Assembly (NCBI GenBank): GCA_964016885.1
Contig: OZ024740.1
Coordinates: forward strand, 177,320,001 to 177,384,000
Source of the DNA: Eledone cirrhosa
Taxonomy: Eukaryota
Direction: 5' to 3'
DNA length: 64,000 bases
The notes beneath the pieces were generated by a model. The model worked only from the letters and a program-made list of their open reading frames with translations. It did not search any database and was not told the DNA's origin. Numbering within the stretch: the stretch's first letter is position 1; each line of letters begins with the position of its first letter. Of the stretch, positions 53,755-64,000 are shown one piece after another. The position numbers were made by a program, and so were the translations under genes.

Positions 53755-55657
53755 TGCACACACACACATATATATCTGGTGTATATTTCTTAATATCATT
53801 TGATATAAATTTGATATCGTGTAAAACTTATATCTAAAGTAAAATGCATTCTCTTTGAATGCTAATCAATGAACAATGACTAAGCAGCAAGCGAATGAAC
53901 AATAGATGAGCTACGATAAACGATAAATGAACAACGTTGAAGAGTTGGTCACACATATCTATTTTTTTAAAACATCAAATTCAAGACAATGTAAGAGCAT
54001 CTACACATTTCAATCGGAAAATACAGAACGTAAAGATGAAAGAAAGAATGATATAACGAAAGAAGACAAGGAGAAAGAAAGAATATGTGATGATAACAAA
54101 AATGAAATGTCCAACTGAGTTTCTTCTATTCCTATGTTTTTTGTAAGTAAGGACAGACAAAATATTTTTGAAAGATAAAATCAAAAACAATGTGCCTTAA
54201 TCAACAAGAGATTGATGTGCTTCAGACAAGATTCTCTTGTTACTTCTTCCATCCAACGTTTATTTTGTGCTATTCCTGTCTGTGCGTATGTGAATGTGTG
54301 TTCCAGTGTGTTTGTTATATTTGTACGCATGAACGTATGCAATGTACGTATGTGTGTATGCATGCATGAATGCGAGTGTGTATGTGTATGTATGTCCCAA
54401 TTTATATAAAAATGAAAAACAAGCAAACAGTTAATAAGATGAATAAAGTACTATTTTTTCTAATTTTGATAAAAAATCACATATTGTAAATATTCTCAAA
54501 AAATATTAATAATAATAATAAATGATTTCTTTTGCAAGAAATTATAACAATAGCAGTAACAACAACAATAATAATAACGACAACGTAGGTTTCTCAAGAT
54601 TTTTGTTTAAATAATTGAGCTACGATGGTAACAAGATTCATTTTTTTTCTACTCTTTTTTTTTTTAAAAATACTATTAGATCTTCCCACATGGATTTTAT
54701 ACCACATTGTTTATTTCTGATTATTTTATGCTGTTGTTATTACTTTTAATTGCCTAAATATGGTGCTGTAACATGGCTTTAGTTCCGTGTTTTCTAAAAC
54801 AAGAAGTAAGAATCCGTGCCTTCAATACATTTCTTCCAAATTCCAACCACTATGGTGTGTAACTAAAAGTATACACCCATTAATACATACACTAAAAACA
54901 CTCAACTTCAAACTTCATATATATATATATATATATATAATCTGTGAATGTTTGTAAAATAATTATCTAATAAATGCGAGTATATGTATGTATGAAAGCC
55001 ATTATATGTATATTTAATGTGCAGATTACTGAATAAGTCTACAAGCAATGTATGTCTGACTGTGTCAACGGATGGTTATGAATTTAAAAGAGATAAATAT
55101 AAATGAATAATTGATTTTACATTAAATGCTACCGAATGTAAAAAAGAATTATCTCGAATGTTTGTAAATAATTATATAAATGAATATATACACACACATA
55201 TAATTATTTTTTAAATTTTATTATTATTATAATTATAACTATTAATATTATGTATCATTGTATACCAGAATATCAATGAATAAATATATCGTTTGACACG
55301 TTTATTATATATATATATATTTGTTTTTGTTTTGATTGATCCATTTTATGATTAGTTCTGATATTTGGTTTCATCGGATGAGATATTTTCGTTTGAAATC
55401 GTCTCTTTTTTTGTTTTTCTTTCTTTTGAGAGCATATATTTTATACCACGTTTGTGTGTTATCTCCATTGAATTTACTCTTCTGCGTACGGTCTATCTGC
55501 ATATTTACAATTCAGCGTGCGGTCTATCTCAACTACAAAACATTACACTGCAGGATGATGAAAACGAGTTCAATAATAATTTATTATTAACGATATACAT
55601 ATAATCAACAGAATCAAAATCATAATCATAAACATATGCTAACAACACTTAACCCTC

Positions 55658-55856
55658 ATGGATTGGCAGTATAGGTAGAGCATCGGGCAAGATGCTTTAC
55701 GGCATAGGGTTACGCTCCTTTACGGTCTGAGTTAAAATCATGCCGAGGCTAGCTTTGCCTTTCATCTTTACTGAGTCGATGAAATAAAGTACCAGTAATA
55801 CACTGGAGTCGATTTAATCGACTTTCCTACCACCCAAAATTGTTTGCCCAGAAACC
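55658..55856 (+). mobile_element. tRNA-derived SINE (diverged copy)
   Basis: ggattggcagtataggtagag...gagttaaaatc...gcctttcatc..gtcgatgaaataaagtaccag. Confidence 0.75.
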
Positions 55857-56311
55857 ATTATGTAGACAGAAGGATACTGATATGGATATTTGTTGCTTGT
55901 CCTTTTATATAGACAAGTCAGGAGTATTATGATCGATCAAACTAGTAAAAAACAAAAGCAAGGCATTGTTGATAAGACTATACGGTGAAAGGTCTCAAAG
56001 CCACAGTCGATGTGTTTTCTGGGGAGTGATAAGATCGTTACTGATACGGCAATAGACTACACGAAAAAGTAGCACCAAACATAGATTTTAAAAGCTAAAC
56101 AATAATAAACGAAGATATCGCTAAGTAGTTAAGAAGTCTGTTTTAATATCACTTGTTCCGTCTTTTAACGCATTGAGAAGCATCATAGCTGGATGTCTTC
56201 AAATCAAAGCCAATGTCCATCAAAATCATGTGAGTGAAATTTAGTAGATGGAATGTATGCAGAAGTAATTTGAATACACACACACACATATATAAATATA
56301 TATGTAAAGAG

Positions 56312-56387
<76 letters not shown>

Positions 56388-56448
56388 CATGATGGCTGCC
56401 TCCTCGTTATCGAGTATGGCCATTGCACAAGAAAAAAATAATAATAAT

Positions 56449-56632
56449 AATTGTTTCTACGTTTGGCACAAGGCCAGCAATTATCCCAGTGTATTACTGG
56501 TACTTATTTTATCGACCACGTAAGGATGAAAGGCAAAGTTGACTTCGGAGGGATTTGAACTCAGACTATAAAGGGCCGTAACTCTTCGCTGCAAAGCATG
56601 GCGTCCGACTCTCTACCGATACTGCCAATCCA
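56449..56632 (-). mobile_element. tRNA-derived SINE
   Basis: High similarity to 30008-30196. Confidence 0.8.
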
Positions 56633-56735
56633 ACAACAATAGTAATAACGACAACAAAAACAACAATAATAATATATATATATATATATGTATATTGTTA
56701 TTGTTGTTGTTGTTGTCGTTATTATTGTTGTTGTT

Positions 56736-56789
<54 letters not shown>

Positions 56790-56792
<3 letters not shown>

Positions 56793-59700
56793 GGTAGCAA
56801 TTAACAGCGCTGCGATCGAATGTGGCTTTTTAGCCCAGCCAATGATCTAAAATGTCTTGCACAGATTTGGCAACCAAAACATTCACTGGGAATAGCCGGC
56901 TGTGGTTGGAGTTCATGTACTTTTGCATGTCGTTTGAGCCCTCCTGCTAATTTACATTCTCTACCACATGCTTGGCAAGCATGATGAGTAGCATCTCTAA
57001 AAGCAGCCTGGTCTCACTTTATGACTGCGAAGATGACTTTCGAGTCCAGCTTTGCTTAGGCAGAGTCTCGCACAGACGCTGCATGTCAGCGCCATTGGAG
57101 GACCTTCGCCGTCTGGAAATGCAACAGTAATGCCCTTCCTCACACTCCGCTTTACTTTCCCGTATGCGATTCGACATGCCTCAAAGGCAACTTTCCCCTC
57201 ATATACAGTCTTTCTCCATTTATTACAATCATCAGCAACATTTTCCCATCTATCAGCAGAGATGTTAGCATCTTTCAAGGAATCCTTATACCTCTTTTTT
57301 GGTTTATGTGGAGGTCGTTTTCCTTTAACAAACTCTCCATAAAAGAGTTGTTTTGGTATTCTAGAATCCTTCATCCTGGCAAGGTGACCACTCCAACGGC
57401 GTCTTTGCTTAAGCACACGAACTTCTATACTGTCACACAGAGAGCTTTCCAAAATCTCGACGTCACTGATGTGGTCCCTCCAGTGAACGCCATGGATCCG
57501 TCTGTGACACATCTGATGGAAAAGCTCCAATTGCCTATGGTGGTGTCGGTATGTGACTCAGGTCTCGCTGGCATAAAGAAGAGAAGAGAGCACACATGCC
57601 TTGTACACCTTTACCTTTGTCTTCTTGCATATGTCTCACCGACCACAGAGTCGCCTTTCTAGCTTTCCGAAAGCATCACTTGCTTTCCTAATCCTGAGTG
57701 GGATTTCATTATCAAGGTTGCTGTATCGATTGACAGAGCTTCCCAGGTAGACAAACTGATCAACCACTCCAAGTCGTTTACCATACACATAGATATTTAG
57801 TTCACTGTACTGCTTACCAGGGGCAGGTTGGTACATGACGACGGTTTTCTTGAGACTGACAGTCAATCCTAGGGCAGTGCAAGCATCAGAAAATGCATTC
57901 AAAATGTTCTGCATATCACTCTCTGTGTGCGCTACAAGATCGCAATCATCTGCATACAAGAGGTCTCTTATGATTGATGTAAATACTTTTGTTTTTGCAG
58001 CAAAGCGCCTGATGTTAAATATGCTGCCTGAGGTTCGATATCGGATGTAAACACCATGCTCGCAATTCCTAAATGCAATACAGAAAACCATTGCAAAGTA
58101 TATGGCAAACAGGGTCGGTGCTGGAATATCTTCCTGTTTCACTCCATCTTTTACTGAGATAGGCTCCGACATGTTACCTCCGACATTAACCCAAGCCTTC
58201 AAATCAAGGAACTTATCAGGGCAACCAATTTTCTGGAGAACCTTCCATAATGCATCTCTGTTAACAGTATCGAAAGCTTTTGTCAGATCGACAAAAACCT
58301 GATATAGATCCAAGCCTTGTTCCATGCACATCTCCTGGAGCTGTCTAGCTGAGAAGATCATATCAGTAGTGCCGCGTCCAGCACGAAAACCAGATTGACT
58401 TTCAGGAAGAACACAATCTGCAATGTGTGTTAGCAGACGGTCCAGAAGCACCCTACATAAAACTTTCCCTACGACAGAAAGCAATGATATACCTCTGTAG
58501 TTCCCACAATCATTCCTGTTACCATTTCCCTTGTACAGGACCACCATTACTGCACCTCTCCAGTCCTCAGGTACGGATTCATTAGTCCATATCATGCCAA
58601 ACAAAGAGTGAAGATGTTGCAGAAGTCTCTCACCACCATATTGTAGGAGCTCTGCATGTATGCTATTCATACCTGGAGACCTTCCATTGTTCAGCTTCGA
58701 GATAGCCACTGCAACCTCCACAAGCGTCGGAGGTTCTGCGAGAGCTACTTTCACAGGACCTTCTGGAATGAGATTGAGGAAATCTTCATCGACAACAGGC
58801 GGCTGATTCAAAAGTTCATGAAAGTGCTCCCACAACCTTCGTAGAATTCCTTGTGAGTCACGACGAAGTTATTTGCCATCCCTGCTGCGAAGCGGTGTCA
58901 CCAGAGAAGACGGTCCATAAACTTCACGCAAGAGACTGTACAACAGCTTTGTGTTATTGGAATCTGACGCAGCTTGTATCTCATCTGTCTTCTCACTCCA
59001 CCACTGATCCTTCATCTGAGAAAGACTCCGCCTAACACGTGATTTCACATCCTTGAGTTCCTTGTGCAACATATTCTTCTGTGGTTTTGCTGTCAAGTAG
59101 CGTGACAGAGCACGCCTCTTATCAGCCAACAAGTCTTCTATATGTACATCATTCTCATTAAACAGTCTTAATGTTTTCTCTGCACCAATCCCAGAACACG
59201 CCTACCTACATAATAAACCGACTTTTTAAGGGTCGGCCAATCCTCACCAAGATCTGCAACCTGCATCTCTTCTCGCAATGTCCTCTTCACATTTGTATCC
59301 CTAAGACGAGCAGCATTCAATCTTCTGGGCAGGGTAACACCAGAAGCCCGGATTTTACGTTTAGTGATTAGTTTCACTTTTGCACGTACCAGGCGGTGGT
59401 CCGTCCAGCACTCAACTCCACGAAGAGCACGAACACACTGCACATCCTGTCTGTCACGCATCCTGAAAAGGACGTAGTCCAAAAGATGCCATTGCTTAGA
59501 TGTAGGATGCATCCATGTAGTCTTGAATTTGTTCTTTTGTTGGAACATGGTGTTGGTAACACACAGATCCAGCTCCTCACACATCTGACGTAGGATCATA
59601 CCATTGTTGTTACACTTTCCCACCCCATACCTTCCGATTACATTCCATGTGTTAAAATCCCTACCCACTCTAGCATTAAAGTCACCAAGCACGATGAATT

Positions 59701-60300
59701 TGTCTGCCTGAGGGATATTTCTTAAAACACCTTTCAAGGCATGGTAAAAGGACACCTTTTCCTCATCGACAGAATTCATAGTTAGAGCATACACACTCAC
59801 CAAGGTCGCATATCTTCCTTTGTCCAGCGGAATTCTCATGGACATAAGACGCTCACTAATCTCCACTGGGAATTCTTCTAATTTATTCACAAGTACAGTC
59901 TTAACAGCAAATCCAACCCCAACCTCTCTTCTGGTTCCTTCATCTCTTCCTTTCCAGAAGAATGTATATTCTCCGCAAAATTCTGTAAGATGACCATCTC
60001 CTGCTAACCTCGTCTCACATAAAGCTACGATGTCAAGATCGTAACGTCGAAGCTCCTTTGCAACAAGAGCGGTCCTTCGTTCAGGAGGTTCCAAGGAATC
60101 CCTGTCAAGCAGCATCCGTACGTTCCAGCAGCCAAGACTAAATGCTTTGTTTGGCTCTATTACAGTGGCACGATGGCGAGCGGGCCCAGGCTGTGATAAC
60201 CTGGTGTCCCTTCCCCTATTGTCAATTATATCTTTTGTTCCAGAACCCTTATTGCCAATTATCTCTTTTATATTGTTTTGGAATATCATTGAATTGGGGG
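56790..60300 (-). mobile_element. Near full-length RTE-clade LINE (APE endonuclease plus RT), disrupted by frameshifts
   Basis: GCWNVR, ERRTALVAKEL, ALCETR, GDFNARVG, LLDY, TDH (endonuclease); NYRGISLLS, ESQSGFR, FVDLTKAFD, LLYADDC, FVYLGS (RT); WSGHLARMKDSRIPKQLFYGE and a C2H2 end. Confidence 0.93.
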
Positions 60301-60361
60301 GAAAAAAAGTAATAATAGTAGTAACAATAATAAAATAATAATAATAAAACACAATTAATAA

Positions 60362-60657
60362 TTATTAATTAATGCAATCGTGCAATGCCTGTGCGTGAAG
60401 AATATTTTTAAAGTGAGGAAAGACTGTGCACGGAGCCAATCCCACTCTCTGAGCGACAGTAGCTATAACCCGAGAAGAAGAAAAGATCAACATAATCGGT
60501 AACTACTGAGCCGCAGGTTTTATGTCGAAATTAATCCAGTTTCCTGAGTTCCCTTCTCCTAGAAGAATGCCTTGACAAGGGCTAGGGGTACTTCACTCCC
60601 AGTGGTTTAACTGCGCGATCGGTTATCCAGCCTGACTATTTCTATGTCCCCGCGCAT
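60362..60657 (-). mobile_element. Family B retroposon, 5' portion (its 3' end is at 56386-56430)
   Basis: High similarity to 13750-14036. Confidence 0.72.
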
Positions 60658-60799
60658 AAAAAAATGTAATGACGGTAATATATATATATATATGTGTGTG
60701 TTTAAGTGAGTAGCGTGTGTGTGTTTGCTTGTATGCATGAGTGATGGTGTGTGCGTGTGTATGTCGTACGTTTGAGTGTCAATAAGTGACATACATACA

Positions 60800-61912
60800 T
60801 ACATACATAATCAAAAACACACACCCAGGGAAGTCGCTCAGCAGTATCGCAGTGAATCAAGGGATGAAAAACTGCATGCTTATCAGCAAAAAGTCATGCA
60901 TGGATATGTTACCAGGAAGCTCCAGAGTGAAAGTAATATAGATAAAGAAAGTAGTCTATCTTGGACCAACAACCGCTATATTGGCTCCCACTTTGAAGTA
61001 TACGCTTTTGCATTCCAAGAACAGGAAATCAACACGAAATACCTGATTCACAAAAGAGAGAGGGATGCAGGCAAAACACCTAGATGTGATAACAAGTGCA
61101 GACTCTGCAGAATTAACATCGAAGATGTCACCCATGTCATAAGCAGCTGTCCAAAGATGTCATCGCGGTACTATCTACCAATGAGGCATGATATAGTGGC
61201 CAAAACACTGTACAATGCAATCCGTAGAAAAGATAGCCCCGATAATAAACACATTAAAAGCTACAGCAATGTGGAAGACATACATATACATAATATGAAA
61301 GAGTACTGGTGGAATGTTCCAGTAAAAACCCCAATAAAGTGCAGGCATAACAGAGCAGATAGTATGATATGTGACAGGGAAAAGAAGGCATGCACAGTAG
61401 TGGAAGTTAGCTGCCCAGCAGATGCCAATATAATATCAAAGATTAGCGAAAAGGAGAGTATTTATGCAGAACTGATGAGAAATCTGCAGATACACCACCC
61501 GGATTATGCCTTCAGATTTATGCCTGTGATTATTGGGGCACTGGGATATGTTAGCAACTGCCTCAATGCAAATATTGAGAAGCTGGGCTTCACAGGAACA
61601 GAAAGAACACAACTAGTTAGGAAATTACAAGTACAATCCATTAATGGAACAGTAAAAATATGTAAAACATTCCAAATATTTTGCATCTAATAACTGCATA
61701 TACACATGTACAGATACAAAACATATACACATGCACACATACAACTCAAAACATACACATCCACACATACAATAACATCCATATCTACACATGCATGCAT
61801 ACATACATATCTACCTAGTTGATGTTGTGTAAATTCCATTGAGAGAGTCTTGTGTCTATGTTAGAAACCGACTCTCTCTCTCTCTATTGGTAAATTATAA
61901 AACCAGAAGAAC
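60800..61912 (+). mobile_element. 5'-truncated R4/Dong-type non-LTR retrotransposon in (CATA)n
   Basis: KVMHG..., AFQEQEINTK, zinc knuckle CRLC...EDVTHVISSC, RHD, R(P/A)D..I.D..VEVSCP..EK..Y, PVIIGALG. Confidence 0.88.
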
Positions 61913-61925
61913 ATACATACATACA

Positions 61926-62208
61926 TATGGTGGCTGCCAACTCGTTTTCGAGTACGACCACTACTTTATATCCATGTAGGAGAACCCCTACCGATGCGCT
62001 GAACGAGTGTGACTTTTGAGTCCAGCCAGCGACTTGAAAACTCTGGTACAAACACTACACTTGTGACAATTATTGACACATGGTGCTGGGCCCATGGTAC
62101 CATGTGACGACAGGTGCAGAGAGATCTCCAGATATAAAGCAATGCCTGTGCCGTGAATCTTTTATAGTGATCAAAGGCACTGCACAAAGCAGTCCCACTC
62201 TCTTAACC
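61926..62208 (-). mobile_element. 5'-truncated family A retroposon
   Basis: Near-identical to 12388-12673. Confidence 0.8.
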
Positions 62209-62582
62209 ATACATACATACATACATACATACATACATACATACATACATACATACATACATACATACATACGTACGTACATACATACATACATACATAC
62301 ATACATACATACATACATACATACATACATACATACATGGAAAACTTAAAGAATAGATAATATTTATTTTGTGCGGAAAAATGTTATCTAATGAATTTGA
62401 AGACACATTTAGCTACTGGAGTTGCTACGAACACTAATCTTTCGATGTCTATAGCCGTTTGGGATATCGGGTTTGGTATCTCTTAAGTTAACGTATACTT
62501 GATACTACCTCAAGATTAAACATTATTGTAGTATTGTGGGAGGGCCTTAAATATTTCTTCGTTCACAAATAGTTGTGAGAGT

Positions 62583-62880
62583 CTAATGGATATTTTTTAC
62601 TAAGTTCCTATTGATAGTCCTAGGGCAGTTAAAATGCAGGCCAATATATTGCAAATATTCATTCGATTTGTGGAACGGACAGTATAGAGAACTATTTAGG
62701 TCTAGCGTAACGCTAAGAAGGTTAGCAGAGGTAAGCTTTGTTTCAACAGAGAAATACAAATTTATTATTTTGAATAATGGCTGCAAATTCTCTTTAAATC
62801 TGTCCGTTGTTTGTGGGTTGACGTTGAGAAATGTCATTAGACAATATCATCTCGGTCCAATCCTCCTCCTATGCATGTGA
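62583..62880 (-). mobile_element. Old PLE RT fragment (Naiad-like)
   Basis: ANLLSVTLDLNSSLYCPFHKSNEYLQYI..NCPRTINRNLV aligns by eye with VNYLDVTLNLLNGLYYPYRKPND..SNHPASITKNLV. Confidence 0.7.
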
Positions 62881-63139
62881 AATTAATCCTTTGTTCTTAT
62901 AGAAGGTGTAATCCGATAAGGTCTCTGATCTCTACTTTGTTATTTTTCCTCGTGCTTACATTAAACTGGCTGTTTGACCTCTCACAGAAGCAAATAGTTC
63001 CGTCGTGTCGTAGTATATAATATGATGAATCTATCTGGATTTATGAGAACTGACTCGATCAGCGTTGACCTGGAGCTAAACAGAAAGACCACCAGCAACA
63101 ATTGTCTTAGTTTGTTGAATACATTTATAGTCGCTCTCC

Positions 63140-63340
63140 GACAGGTTTGCGGTCGTTCCCTTGGCAGTGGAAACTTCTGGTGTCCTCGGCCCCAGGGCTA
63201 CCTCCTTACTCACCACCATAGGCGCTGAGCTGGCCAGCCGCAGGTGTGAGCCCCGCGAGTTGGAGTGGCTTTTCCAGCGCGTCTCCCTTGCCGTCCTCCG
63301 GGGAAACGCCTTCTCCATTCTGTCCGCCGGGGCTGTGGGT
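63140..63340 (+). mobile_element. C-terminal fragment of a CRE-like (RLE) non-LTR retrotransposon
   Basis: AVETSGVLGPRA..LL..IG.........EWLFQRVSLAVLRGNA is typical of CRE-clade ORF ends. Confidence 0.7.
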
Positions 63341-64000
63341 GGGCCCCATCGCGTACCAATACATTAGACAATACTTTAATGTTCTCATCATTATTTACAA
63401 TGTCTAGCTTTACGACGGACATCGTAATTCTGCTTTGAATTGTCTCGGCTTGTCTTGTATTTGTTTTAATCAGATTTTCCTTGCAGACTTATATATGTGT
63501 AGAGCGATTTGTTATACATCTATTCTTTAATTTTAATGTAGAAAGAGTAGAAATTGTGACATTTAAGAAATTGGTGGTGAGGGGAGAGAAATGACAAAGA
63601 TTTAATTTAGTTGTTGCCGAAGTGTTTAGGACTTGCAAATATCAACTTACCTTCAGATCGTAGACTAGGTTTAATTGCTTACATCAAAATGGATTCCGTT
63701 AAATATCTCTTAAGAGTTGGAGGGTCGTGTTGAACAAGCTGACTGAATACGTCTATTATAATAGGATGTCTATTATCCAGGACGAACATTGCATCGATAG
63801 AGTAGCGGACAAGCATTGCATTATGTCTCTGGTGACCAAAGCTACTAAAATTCCCCAACTGATTATACAGAAATCTATCCAAATAAATTCTTCTTGGTCT
63901 TCTCAAACGTCAGCTATGACCCTCCGGTATTTTACTTCAAGGAATACATTATCCAATGCTTCCATTTTTTTTCTTTGTTTGTTAGACAGTATGTTATGGT

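Noticed and set aside
63679-63906. 75-aa ORF at the window end
   Set aside because: No recognisable homology or splice context.

Overview
AT-rich eukaryotic genomic DNA packed with (TA)n, (CATA)n, (GA)n and (CA)n microsatellites. The SINE and microsatellite landscape suggests an invertebrate, plausibly an octopus or other cephalopod (inference only). There is one clear host gene: an achaete-scute-family bHLH gene (uninterrupted ORF 42235-43704, +) with a long QQAAA repeat and a recognisable core promoter. The rest is mobile DNA: Penelope-like elements (PLEs; Naiad-type and Neptune-type), RTE, Tx1/L1, R4/Dong-type and CRE LINE remnants, tRNA-derived SINEs, non-autonomous Helitrons and a Tc1/mariner fossil. 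The most striking hidden layer, invisible in the ORF track, is a dense set of minimal type I hammerhead ribozymes (HHRs). I folded about 18 copies by eye, from roughly 10 apparently unrelated sequence families, between 2.7 and 39 kb. They sit in short non-coding inserts embedded in (TA)n tracts. Many inserts are fold-back (inverted-duplicated) structures, one is a 591-bp tandem retrozyme-like array, and two families carry variant catalytic cores (U3-A8; A4). All folds and family assignments were made by inspection, without computation or database search.
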